Assembly (NCBI GenBank): GCA_047967505.1
Contig: CM106538.1
Source of the DNA: Dipteris shenzhenensis
Taxonomy: Eukaryota
Reading direction: 5' to 3' (one strand)
DNA: 64,000 nt
The notes under the pieces are model-generated. The model did no database searches and was not told the origin of the DNA. It saw only the letters and a program-made list of their open reading frames with translations. Position 1 is the first letter of the stretch. Every line of letters begins with the position of its first letter. Both the position numbers and the translations under genes were made by a program. Shown here piece after piece: positions 1-12,509 of the stretch.

Positions 1-239
1 GTGCTCTAGTGGTTGACCCAAGTCAAACATACGGACCACCATTAGTCAATTGTGCCAAACATTCTTGCAAGGTTGGCAATGCCACAAGTCACCAACTGAG
101 CTAATTACTTTTGCATGCAGATGAGGGAAGACCTGAAGATGCACAGTGAGGTCCTAGGCAATCCAATGCTGTATATGCGTGTGCTTTACCACATGTTTGT
201 CGGGGCAATAGTCGCCTATTGGATATGGGCTGGTTGACA

Positions 240-3050
240 AAGCAACCAAAGGACCTGTTCTAGAAGAAGAAGAGTAGACATGGGCTAATCCCAAATGACT
301 AAGAAGAGCTCCAAGCCCCACCCCCTCCAGCTGTCCCGCTCAGCACAACCACTTGATAGCCAATTGCGTGAACAAGACAAAGAACGTCAACTGCAAGAAT
401 TCTTGAGGAGACGACGATCCCTTGAGGCCTCCGCTCGACACCCTAAAGGCAAGGCCACCATTTTGGACCCATTGCTGTGGAGGAGTTTCATGGAGACGAC
501 AATGTAAATATTGGTCTCCATCCCATGGCAACAAGCATTCCTCCCACCCCATCTGCTCCCCAGACAATAGCCCCTACCCTTGTGCAACCCGAAGAGCCCA
601 CTTCATTCATCACAGGCTCTTCCTCTTCTCCTTAGGCTAGGCTCACAGAAGCCCTGTAATTTTGCTGCGCACCATAGTACCAAACCCCTGGAGGCTACAA
701 TACCATGTTGGCCCAACAACTCTCACAGGCGGACCACATGGAGCTCCAACTACTGGATGCAATGGCCCGGCTCCCTTAGGTTGTGAGAATGATTTTGCGG
801 AGGCAAGAGCAAGCATCCCACTCTGTCTCCTCCAAGCACAACTCGATGTGCGTGATAGCCACACCCGCATGGTCATTGCACAAGCTACCCACCAGCAAAC
901 CACGCTCAACATAGTAGAGGAGTATTGAGCAAGCGTCGAAGAGGTGGAAGTTATGGTCACAAAGCTCAAGGATGAGCTCTCTGCTAGTGAATCCCTAGTT
1001 CAAACCATGATGGGCTAGTTGGACAAGGTGGAATCCAACCTTCGTACCGCAGAAGAACGAAGGGCATAAGCCGAGGACCAGAAGGCTAGGCTTAGGGAGG
1101 GATACAAACCAACAGATCCAAATTCTTTAGGATCTCCTTACATAGGAGGACCCTCACCGTTGCCATACAAACTAAGAATGAGAGCCACCGAGAGGAATCT
1201 ACATTCTCTCTACATTGGACAACAGAGAACAACAGGAGTTCTTGATGTACAGGGAGGTCTCCGCACAACTCGCCACCTACACCCTCGTCCCATGTACCAT
1301 CCCCAAAACACTTCAAAAGCACTTTGACACACTCTGTGCACAAAACCTCATTTTTCACTAAGACCTCACCTCCCCTCTCTTGCCTAACACCCTCCAAACC
1401 ATCTTGCATTGCAACCCCAACCTTTATCTTGCCAGTCTATCCCTCCAATCTTTAAATCCAAGCCACCCACCTCCTCAACTTCTAGGCGTGGTGTCGCGTA
1501 ATCACTGAGTCCACCAATTATCCACATGATGATGAGCTAAACCTGACAAACTTAGCCCATGGGTCTATACTCCCGACAGCCTCCAACAACTGGATGCAGA
1601 CCTATGGTCGGGGGCTTTCGCAATCCAAATGCAAGGACACCTAGTTGCATATCACTCCATAGCCTACCATCCCCTCAATATCATCATTTTGTACAATCTG
1701 GTGCTACAAGCTCTCTAGGACTCACTCGAGTCCTTGGTCAACAATTTTGACACAATTCATGGAGCCTACCCCGAGGATGTTATCGAGGAGGAGGGACAGA
1801 ATCCAATCATCATCTTCAAGTCTATCACCCCTCGCAGAAATACTGTAGCCACCCCCTAAAAATCCCGCCCAACCCCCCCAACAACCTGCCAATATTGTCC
1901 GCCTCCCCTTCCCTGCACCAACCTCCCCAAATACTCCTCTAACGCCTCCAACACTAGCACCACACAGCATGAGACCTCTCTGTCCATTTCCTCCAACACT
2001 CCAGTCGACATCTCGGATGAGGTTCTCCATACATTATTGAAGCCGACCCATTTTGTACATACACCCATCGGCCCTATGTCCGCGGGGAATGCAGAGGAGG
2101 AGCCTATGCCAAATATCGACGATGATGTCCCTCTAGCATCCCCCTCCTCCCCGCCTAAAGATATCCAATGGCCCAACTTGCAATCCTTCCAGGACTTTTT
2201 GGACACCGCCCTAATGCATACTGGAAGGCCCACCTTGAAGGCTCTTGCCTCCATCTCTACGAAATAATGGAAGTTTGCCCCCTCACTCAGTTTATTACCT
2301 AATCCTTCAATGACTGGAGTTGAACCCACCCGAAGCACACACGCGACGGTTACCACTTAGCCCTTGATGCACCTGTTCCCCTCACCGACTTGAACGCCGG
2401 CCTTCAACCCCATTGGCGCATCCCCTTTTTGAAAAAGGAGCAATTTTGGAGCTACTATCAGTGCACACCTCAAGCGACAAATCCATCCCCTCTACATGCC
2501 CATGGAAAGAAGATGGACCAAGGCCCACTTCCAAGAGCTCAAACAAAAGGATCCTAATATTCTCTACAACTTCCCGAAATATAACTTCCCTAAGGAAATG
2601 ACTCAAGAGGGATTTTGCTTTCACCTCCAGGCATTCAATGATACCTATGGCTCTGTTCCTGACCCTGTGGTGGTTGTAGCGGTCCACTTCAACCGCGTCA
2701 TCCTTTTGCTCCTCCGCAGTCTTCCCACCCACAGTTGGCCCATCGATAATAGACTACATAATGTGACCAACCAGATTGTCTTGAACCTCACACCAGTCCC
2801 TCCCAATTCTAGGACTTACGCCTCTACCTCTGGGTACACAACCTCCATGGCCATCACATTCGAACCTTAGAGGACAATGGACATGCCTGCCAACCACTTC
2901 TGGAAGTTTCGCTCTTATCTCACGTGGATCACCCCTTGCCAATTGGACTGCTACGCAGTCCCTTAGACATGTGCTCTCCACTCACCTACTCCATTGCGGG
3001 GCTGAGCTCAGCAACAACAGGAAGGGGTCCATGTTAATAGCCACAGCCAT
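240..3050 (+). mobile_element. Degenerate repeat-derived coding remnants (coiled-coil ORF pieces and a possible gag-like fragment); family not identified
   Basis: Stop-interrupted frames at ~600-1150 (heptad-rich, e.g. VEEVEVMVTKLKDELSASESLVQ) and 2496-2870; no recognisable host-gene motif or clean splice pattern. Confidence 0.25.
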
Positions 3051-3067
3051 GGAGCACGATGTTGGAT

Positions 3068-3184
3068 TTGGCCCTATGGGTTTTGAGCCACAAATGGCCC
3101 CACATCAATCTGGTCCTATCGGTTTTGAGCCGCAAATGGCTCAACATTTATCTAGTCCTATGGGTTTGGAGCCCCAAATGGCTT
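3068..3184. repeat. 39-bp tandem repeat, 3 copies
   Basis: Core GGYCCTATSGGTTTTGAGCCNCAAATGGC recurs at 39-nt spacing (reads GPMGFEPQMA three times in ORF 2971..3186). Confidence 0.85.
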
Positions 3185-4866
3185 AGGACAGAGGTAGGTG
3201 CCGGGATCATCCAAATTGGCCAGGATAACACAAGAGCCATTTCTATCCCGTATATGGATAACAAAAGAGCCATTTGAAGACAAGAGGAGGTTGAGAGAAT
3301 GCCTTGGCGCCATATGGGCCCAAGTGGTTGTAACAAAAGAGAGACGAGAGAGAGAGTGGTACAAGGAAAGGGTTGGCCCTCCTTTCAAAAGGTGACTTGT
3401 AGAAAAGGCCAAATGGTTGACTTTGGTCTTCATTGTTGTATGCACAAGTTTGAAATACAAGCTCCCTCTTCTCTTCCAAGACTGTCTTTGGGTGTTCTCT
3501 TGTCTCCCTTGTAGTGTCTTTGTGTTTGCCACTCCCTTGGGCCCTTCATTCTTCCCCTCTCCTCTCCCTCTCACTCTATTCCCCCATCTCCCCTTCTCCC
3601 TCTCTTCTCTCTTCTCCCCCTTCCCTCTTTCTCTCATGGAAACACATTGCAACAATCGGGGAGCCACTTGGGTGGCATTACTCTCACAAGGAGTAGCCTG
3701 GGAAGTGGAGGCTATGATCGGCATTTCTTTAAGATTTCCATGACACGTGAGACATGGTTGAGACTACACAGGAGGAGATTCTAGAGTCCTACAATGAAGA
3801 AGACCACACCATCATGTGCACATTTGGCTGTTCATAGCTCTATTGGGGGAAGTTTTCTAGTTGAAGCCTTTGGTAGCACCAGGTCCGTTGGTAGTAAATG
3901 AATGCTATGATAAGTATTTTGAGACAAACAACTCCTCCTCCTAGAGTTACCTGATCAATAAGGCCCCAGATGAAGGTTTCCAAGTAATTTGCCAATTTAT
4001 GTCAAAATTTATTGTTTAAAGGAAAGTGTTGATCATGTGCCCCGACAATACATTGCGTGAATCATCACGGCTTTGCAAGATGATCAGGAGCTAGAGTGGC
4101 TATCTACCTTTGATAGAGCTTTTGAAACACAGCTCAAGGCTGTTGGGAGGGTCCAAGCACACTGTAAACTTATGCCTCGCTTGAGAATCCTTCACTAGCA
4201 GCTCACTTCAAGTGAATTACAGTGTCCTAATGCCATTCCCACATCTGGTGGAGCACTGTCATCTTGCGCGAACAATGTTGAGCAAGGCAATGAGGAACAA
4301 ACTGAAGGTAGCAAATAGGTGTTTGAGGAACATAGTGAGTAGGAGCAAGAGAAGGCCCAGAGTGGCAATAACGAGGATGGAGACTTCTCCTCTCAAGTTA
4401 AAATTTCTAAGTCAGAAGCCAAGAGTTGTCGGGAGGCCGATAAGTCAGTTTTCGAGCAAAAGGTGTAGGAGCCCTCCAATGAGCCCCAATAGGAGGAATA
4501 GGGAGTAGGCTCATAGCCAGAGTTGAAGACAAATGAAGTGATCACTACAATCTCAGCTAGCTCGATTGCAGTACCCGTGTCTCTTGATCTCTATATAGGA
4601 AATTCTCTAGATAGGTTGACTAAGAAATGTTCCATTTTCTCTAGTTTATAACTTTCTAGTTGTGTTTATGTTTAACTAGTAAATGATATAAAGAGTGCTC
4701 TTTTTTTACTATATAGAGCATGGGGAGTTTACTACGTAAAAATCCATAAAATAGGTTAGAGTAAGTACACATTTAAATACCCTTATATTTAAAATTTTAC
4801 TTCTTTTGCGTAATAGTTTATCCCTCTTTGTACTTATACACCGGACATATCATCAATACATTAGAT

Positions 4867-5036
4867 AACTATTTTTGGAACCCTCGCCTAACTGTAACTG
4901 GCTTGTAAGTCTCCCGAATTTAAAAATCCTCTCCCATGAACGACCCTACTTCCAGTAAGAGTCACCGTACATACCATGGTTATACGAGTTAACTATTTTT
5001 GGAACCCTCTCCTAACTGTAAATGGCTTGTAAGTCC
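4867..5036. repeat. ~45-bp direct repeat, 2 copies
   Basis: TAACTATTTTTGGAACCCTCKCCTAACTGTAAMTGGCTTGTAAGTC at ~4867 and ~4990. Confidence 0.8.
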
Positions 5037-5219
5037 CCACTTCCTTACATATTTATAGAGTGATCGATCGCCCGGGGATATACAGAATGGTCAAACGTTC
5101 CTTGTGCGCGTGGGTAGTGAATACTTTTGTCCATGTGCAGCTCTGCTCATCTATGATATTCTACTACATTCCAAAAATGATCAAGCCATAATTAGACATC
5201 ATCCTCTTGGAGCACGTGC

Positions 5220-6380
5220 GAATGGCTTTGGACGGACTGCTAGATTTGCGACATCCAAATCAGATTGGACTAATTCTCATTAGAGCAGGGGCGGCCAAGA
5301 TTTTAGGAGTGATTTGAGGAGTGTAGCTCTCATTCTGTTGATCGGGATCAACTTCCACGGCATCTCCACCTGGTACATTTGCCAGATTACAACAGCTTAG
5401 CTATAGCAATGTCTTTGACGCTATGGACAACAAGTATTTTACAAGAGACTTGCGCTGCTAGAAGAACGCTTTTCTTAATTTTGAACACTTCCTGTGGGGG
5501 ATTTCGCTCAATTATACTCTTCTGAACATTTGGTGGAAGTTGCGTGATCCAATTGAGTCCTGACGTAGAAACGTGGAATCATCACTTGAAATCGGGCTGC
5601 AGGGTTCAATAACGTATATGCAAGATTTGCATCCTTTAATTTGTTGACCTATGCGGAGATTGTTTGCAAACAGTCTGCGAGACTTTCAACTGCAGATGCT
5701 TTCAGCAATATAATTTATTCGTCATACCTCAGGTGGGGCTTTCGTTATACAAGATTGCTTTAGCCTGCGTGAGATTAAGGACACAGCAGTCGGGATCCGT
5801 CGGCAGAATTCGAAATTAGAGCACCGCTTTTGATTGATAGAGCGATAACCAGACGACGCGTCTGTGAGAAGGCATTGACGTATCTGACCTGCTCAATGGG
5901 AACTCGGAGACCTGATTACATACCTGGGCAAGCCGTGTTGGAACGTACTATTCGCCGTCTATTGGCATAAAGGCAGCCAGGAAAACGGCCTTGGAAATCT
6001 TATCCGGAAAACGTTCCATGGCAGTACAGTCGGATAACTGCAATCGACAGATGAGAAGCAAACCGTATCGGCAGAAACATTGTTAGACAGGAATTGAGTA
6101 AATGGCTGTACATACTGAGCGACGTATCCGGCACTACTTTGCTGATACCATTGGAGGCGAGGTTAATGGAAGTGACGGAATGGCCAGCCACTTGGAGAAG
6201 GGTGATGACGCGGTTATAAAAGCACCAAGCTCCATGGCCGAGACCATGGATGAGGACGAAGTGGTGACTTGGGGCCGGCAACTGTGGCTGAAGTGATTAA
6301 GTGGAGGAGCAGAGCGAAGAAGCAGAGGGTGGAGACGAAGAGAGAGTTGTCTGTGGGCAGGCACATCAAGCTTCTCATGA
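5220..6380 (-). pseudogene. MES: Methylesterase (MES/SABP2-like alpha/beta hydrolase) pseudogene with a hydrophobic N-terminal leader
   Basis: [16 protein letters not shown]...[24 protein letters not shown] in a shifted frame; [30 protein letters not shown] followed by a GT donor; DIAIAKLL. Contains frameshifts and an in-frame TAG, and lacks the GHSxGG nucleophile motif. Confidence 0.85.
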
Positions 6381-6822
6381 ATTTATACACAAACCGAGCT
6401 GCAACGGAAGAAAATCCCGCCACTGAATCCTCATCCCTTGTCTCCTGAGCTTCTTTTGTAACCGCTTAACGTTCCGTCGCTTGCGTGATGTCCGTTACGA
6501 AATCATGGAGACGTCATGCCAATCGTTTCCTTGCATCCGGATCGGGGTGTCTCAGCAAAGTCGTGAAATAGATAATCAGTGATGTAAATTTAAAGGATCT
6601 TTGCTGAACCTAGGACTCACCTTGTGAGAGGAGGCATCATCGCTCGTCAAGATGTAGAGTCTTGAAGCAAGCAAACAACATTTCCACTTCTGCTTGCACG
6701 ATTGTCTCGTGGCTAATTTTGCCCTGCAAGGATCCATATTGTCCATGTGGTTTCGTTTCCCTAAATGACTCCCGAGTGGTTTAGGTTTTATTGCGCATGA
6801 TTAGGTCTTGAGTCTTTGGATC

Positions 6823-7002
6823 CAACTGAATTGAGCTTAACGGGAGTCTTGGGATGCACTCCACAGATCTTAATGTAATTGGCCTCACCTGTAATAAGGC
6901 GCCGAAGTGAACAAGTAAAGGGAGCTCTCTTTGGATGGTATTCAGCTTTCTTGCCCTCCCTGTTCTTGTCTGTTGTACGAGCTCCATAATCTAGTCGCTT
7001 CG
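6823..7002 (+). repeat. 5' LTR (portion shared with the 3' LTR)
   Basis: Matches 11203-11382 without gaps at an offset of 4380 nt. Confidence 0.9.
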
Positions 7003-7007
7003 TCTTT

Positions 7008-7024
7008 TTGGTGGAGACGCCGGG
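7008..7024 (+). promoter_or_regulatory. Primer-binding site, tRNA-Ala-like
   Basis: TGGTGGAGACGCCGGG; reverse complement CCCGGCGTCTCCACCA resembles the ...TCTCCACCA 3' end of tRNA-Ala; lies just after the LTR. Confidence 0.65.
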
Positions 7025-7961
7025 TGAATGGAGTTCGAACCTCAGAGTTTTGATTCACAATCCCAAGAGCGACAATCTCCAGCATGCCATGTTCAATCGG
7101 ATATTTTGACGACACTTCTGACGGAATTGATCCAATCAAATGTTCAGGTAGCCAATCTCACTGCTCATTTGACGAACGCCAAGGCGTATAATGTAGGGCG
7201 TGACTCCAAAGTACGTCCAAAGCCCTAGACAGGCTCCTGCGAAGATGACATTTATATTTGGCTAGATCACTTTTCAAACCGGGCAGATTATCATCGTTGG
7301 AACGACACGCAGAAGGTTGAGGAGATTAAGCGTTCCTTTCAAGGACTAGCTACCGCCTAGTATCATCAGCTTGATGAGAATGTCAAGCATTCTTGGCCGC
7401 ATTTGCAACACGCGCTCACTACTGCTTTTGGCAATACAGACACAGTTAAGGACGCTTTAACTCAGTTTCAAGAACTCAACCAGCGCTCTGATTCGGTGTC
7501 TCAATTTGGGGTAAAGCTTAGCTTACACATCTCCTTCTCCGTGTTGACCCAAACATGATCGAAGATTTGAAGTTATTCTTCCTCTGGCCTCGTCTCCGTC
7601 CAGAAATCTCCTCCAGAACTCAAGACCAGGGGCCAAAAACTCTCAATGAGGCACTCTTGATAGCACAGCGAATTGAAACAAGCCAACTGTTAAACCTCCT
7701 GCTCTGCCACCCTTGCTTCCTGTTCCAATTTATTCAAGTGGTCCAACACCCATGGACGTTGATCACACAGAGTGCCCAAATGGGTCAGAAGTCTGCATTT
7801 CGACCTCGTAATCTAGGTGATCGCAGGATTCCAGACCGAGATAGTGATGGCCGTCCACGTTGCTTCCATTGCAACAGATATGGGCATGTTAAGAAGTACT
7901 GTCGTCTCTTGCGTGCGACACAGAGTTCCCAATCTATCAACACTGTGGCATCCATGGTGTC

Positions 7962-8004
7962 GGGAAAAGATCAACTGGAGCCCTAAGGGAGGCTTTGTCT
8001 CCAG
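7962..8004 (+). promoter_or_regulatory. Putative programmed -1 ribosomal frameshift signal between gag and pol
   Basis: Slippery heptamer G GGA AAA in the gag frame; pol frame is -1 and open from there into ORF 7995..8864; downstream CTGGAG/CTCCAG stem encloses CCCTAAGGG. Confidence 0.65.
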
Positions 8005-11000
8005 AAAATACTGTGCCTCCCCCTATTGCTTTTGTGGTCGAAGCCCTTTGTCGCTCAAAGTCCATTTTTGTTCTTGTAGATTCCGAAAGCTCTATAACGA
8101 CATCATTCTTACCTTTTGTTCAAGACCAAAACATCCCAGTCTATTCATTGCCGCCCAACAACGTCACCTTTGGGGATAACAAGACAACTGTCAGCTCATC
8201 TACAGGAGCTAATCTTGAGATAGAACTCTCTGGATCAAAGTTTCTGGTACAAACAACAATTCTGCCGCAACAGATATTTCCAGTCACGCTGGGATGCGAC
8301 TGGTTAACTCAAAATCAAGCTACCATAGATTTCAAGCGAAAGTGCTTACATCTGCCGAATACTGCTGCCATTCCTTGGGTTTATTCCCGAATTCTCTCTT
8401 CTCAGGTATCTTCGTCCATAATTCATAATGATCTCCGTTATCAAGCTCAAGTAAAACAATTGCTGTTACATTTCCCTCACATATTTGCTAGAGAAACCCC
8501 AACTATAACGACAGTAAAAATTTGTCATGAGATTCCTACACTTGATTCTCGACCTATCTCAGTACCACAACGCCGACGATCTGTTCGGGAGATCCAAGTT
8601 TTAAGAGATCATGTTGAGGCAATGCTTTGTGACAATATCATTAGTCACTCCAACAGTCCATGGACGTGTGAACCGCATTTGGTAAAAAAAGGAGACGGTC
8701 AATACCGTTTTTGTGTTGATTTCAGGCCTCTCAACAATGTCACTGTTCGTGATGAATACCCACTCCCGAGGCTGGATGACATTTTAGATTCTCTCGCAAA
8801 TTCGAAGTTTTTCACCACACTAGATCTGAAATCTGGATTATGGCAGATACCTCTTCGCCCATAAGATCGACCAAAGACTGCATTCAGAACTCCTTTCGGC
8901 TTATATCAATTTAATGTAATGCCGTTTGGGTTAAAAAATGCTCCTGGGTCATTTCAAAGGCTAATGAATTTTGTGCTACATGATTTAATTGTACAAGGGA
9001 GCGTATTAGTATATCTTGATGATGTACTGATACATACACCAACATGGGAAGAGCACAAGAATGTCCTTGATACCATTCTGCGACTGTTACATAAATTTAA
9101 CCTCAGATTGAATGCAGCAAAGTGCAAATGGGCTCAAGCAAGCCTCAAATATATGGGCTTCATTATCTCAGGAGAAGGGGTTCGACCTGATCCTGATAAA
9201 GTACATGCACTTCATCGTTTATCCATACCCCAATCAATTAAGCAGCTCCAACGATTTCTGGGCATGGCAACATTCAGTTCAAGATTTATGCCGGAGTTGC
9301 TATTCTGTCTGTACCCCTTCGACGATTGCTACTCAAAGGCAACAAATTTATTTGGTCACCAACTTGTCAAAAAGCATTTGATCAAGTCAAGGAAGTGCTA
9401 AAGAAAGATGCCCTCCTGCGACATCCGAATTTACAAAAATCGTTTCTCATTAGAACCGATGCATCTACAAACGGTTTGAGAGCAGTTCTTCTACAACAAG
9501 ATGATCACAATGACTGGCGCCCAATCATGTATGTTAGTCGATCTTTGTCACCTCCAGAATCTAGGTATGCTGCCACCGAATTGGAATCTCTTGCTGTGGT
9601 TTGGGCGATTTCAAAATTTCATGTATATGTTTATGGAACTGTGTTTGAGGTGCAAACAGATCATGCAGCGCTAACAAGCCTCTTGAATAGAAGAAGCCTC
9701 CAAGGACGTTTGGCCAGATGGGTTCTTCTTATGCAAGACTACACATTTAAAATTTCTTATCGGCCTGGCAAAGACAATCAAGTAGCCGATGCTCTTTCCC
9801 GTTCCTATGTCATGGCAGCTCAACACTACCTATACCTCAAGATCACCCCCCTTTGCCTTCAATTCAAGACATCAAAGCAGCTCAAGATTGTGATCCACAG
9901 ATACAGCAATTAAGTCGAATGCAATCATCAGCAGCACCCCAACAGCTTCGACTTATTGATGGTCTGTTGTACTTTCATCGCCCTCCATTTCAACCTAGAC
10001 TTTTCATCCCAACCAATTATAGGCAGTACTATTTATATGCATTCCATGATGGAATGTTTGGTGGAAAATTTGGGATTTCTGAAAGTTCTGACAAAATTAC
10101 AGGCACGGTTCTATTGGCCAAAGATGAGATTTTCTTTACATCAGTATCTCAAGTCATGTCCTATTTGCCAAGCATCCAAGAGTCCTAATACTAAGCCAGC
10201 AGGGAGTATGCAATCTGTCACTGTTTCACGCCCTTTTGAACTGGTGGCTTATGATCTAATAGGACCATTTCCAACCTCAACAAATGGATTTCGGTATGTC
10301 ATTGTTTTGACAGATTACCTCACTAGATGGGGGATTGCACAACCACTCAAGACTGCTTCTGCTGCGGAAGTGGCTGAATTTCTTCTCCAGTACCTCATAC
10401 TGCCGCATGGATGCCCAGAAAACATCCTTTCTGATCACGGAAGTAATTTCAAATCTGAAGTTATGAAGGTGGTTACTGACAGACTAAATATGAAGCAGCA
10501 GTTTACAAGTCCGCATCATCCTGATGGCAATGCATTGACAGAGAGATTAAATCGGACAATAAAGTTGATGTTGGCAATGTATATTGACCCGCAACACTCT
10601 AACTGGGACATTTCGCTCCCATATGTAATGGCAGCCTACAACACAGCAATTCAGGATTCTACTCGCATCAGTCCGTTCGAGGCACTTTTTGGGCGTCCAC
10701 TTGTTTTCCCTCCTGAAGTGGGCACCATCTCAGTGGATCAAATCAAGCACAAAGACGCTCTTCAATGGTCTAACTATTTAGTCGAAGCTCTTACTTTTGT
10801 GAGACAAAATGTTGCAGACCATCTTCGCAAAGCACAAAGCCGCCAAAAGAGACTATATGATCTTTGACATCGGCCAGCCACATATTCAGTGGGGGATTTG
10901 GTTTTGGTTCATTATCCAACCAGAAAAAAAGGCCTGACCGAAAAATTCCTTGCAAAGTGGATCGGACCATATCAGGTACTTTGCTCAGTTGGACGGAATA

Positions 11001-11109
11001 CCTATTCACTTCAGCGACACACAAATGGCCAGAAAAGGACGCAGACTACAGCTCATATAGCCCGCATTAAGCCTTTTTACTCTCGGCCTACTTTCTTTTC
11101 AGGGGAGAG

Positions 11110-11382
11110 TAGACATAATGACCAAGGAACCACGTCAGCCGACCTCCCATCCACGTTGTCTGACTAGTCAGCAACTACACCTGCCTAGCCGCCATGTAAG
11201 CACAACTGAATTGAGCTTAAGGGGAGTCTTGGGATGCACTCCACAGATCTTGATGTAACTGGCCTCACCTGTATTAAGGCGTTGAAGTGAACAAGTAAAG
11301 GGAGCTCTTTTTGGATGGTATTCAGGTTTCTTGCCCTCCCTGTTCTTGTCTGTTGTACGAGCTCCATAATCTAGTCACTACG
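11110..11382 (+). repeat. 3' LTR
   Basis: Follows the PPT; its distal 180 nt match the 5' LTR. Confidence 0.8.
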
Positions 11383-12509
11383 ATATGGAGGTTTTGATGG
11401 TGGTGTTATGTTTGGAGTGTGTTGGCTCTATTTCGTCCGGTGGTCGGAGCTTCTTTGGCGGGTTGCGAGAGGTTAAGACCATTGAAATACTTTGTAGGTA
11501 ATCTGGAGTGGCGGGTGTCAACTCAACATTGTATGAGAACGCATGACATGGCATATGTAAGGGTAACAAAAATCAAGAGATGCAGAGAATGTCTTTTGCC
11601 TAACATGAAGATCCCAAAAGTGAAGGCCCTCGTAACAACAATAGAAGGAGCGATGATCGATGTCATTTTGAAGAATGCTTGTCAACAAAGTTGTGAACCT
11701 GCCTTGACCATTTGCAGATTTGGATGAAGGCCGTTTTTTTACAAACACATTCGGGTGCGCCACTGGTTTTATTCATCTTGCTACTGCTGCTGCTGAGGAT
11801 GCAAAGTGAGCCGCTCACTTGATGTAACCAGAAGTCTACTTTTCCAATGTAGTAAGAAATGTGCTTGGAAAGAAGCACTTTGTATAAACTATTTGCTTAC
11901 TAGTGAGCTTCCATAATTTGAAGCTATGTTTCGTAAAAGTGTTATTTCCCATTTACTTTCTTTGAGTGCTATTTGTGAGAGTTGTTCCCACTTCATTGCT
12001 ACTTCAACAAGATCATGGAAGATACAATAGCAAAAAAATTTGCTTGCATGGATACGAAGTTCCTAGAATTTTTTTGGAGAACAAGTGTATTTTATTGTGC
12101 ATATCTTATTCGTATTGCTAAGCCTATGTGCTAATTTTCATGCTTGATTTTCAGAGGTTAAGGATAAAAAATGAGATTTGGTGAAAGAAAGAAGACTCAC
12201 CTCTTCTCTTTTTGGTGTTTCTCTTACTCCTCTTTCTCCTTGTTTGTAGGCTTATGCTTTCTCCTTGTTTATAGGCTTATGCTTGTCTCCTCAATCCAAT
12301 CCCTTTGAAAAGTTGCTTCTCCAAACTCCTCCTTCCTTTAACTAGTTATCTGAAAAAATGGTATGTTTCCTCTTTTTTTATACGGCCAATCCACGAAACA
12401 CCGTGCGGGACTTTTTCGGTAAGAAAGTGCCTCGTCTTTTTCCCTTTTGTTGTTTCCATTATTTGCATTGGCCTGCAGCTAATGCCTTAAGCGCTAGTTG
12501 CAGTGATGG

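Larger units (their letters stand above)
6823..11382 (+). mobile_element. Compact Ty3/Gypsy LTR retrotransposon (gag-PR-RT-RH-INT, no chromodomain), inactivated by stops and frameshifts
   Basis: Direct repeats 6823-7002 and 11203-11382 (10 mismatches in 180 nt by manual count); PBS at 7008-7024; gag CCHC knuckle CFHCNRYGHVKKYC; RT motifs MPFGLKNAP and YLDD; RNase H TDAS; integrase D-D-E (YDLIGP, SDHGS, TERLN) and WIGPY; PPT AGGGGAGAG at 11101. Confidence 0.95.

Noticed and set aside
11376-11383. CACTACGA as a CACTA terminus
   Set aside because: Falls within the aligned end of the 3' LTR; no partner TIR seen
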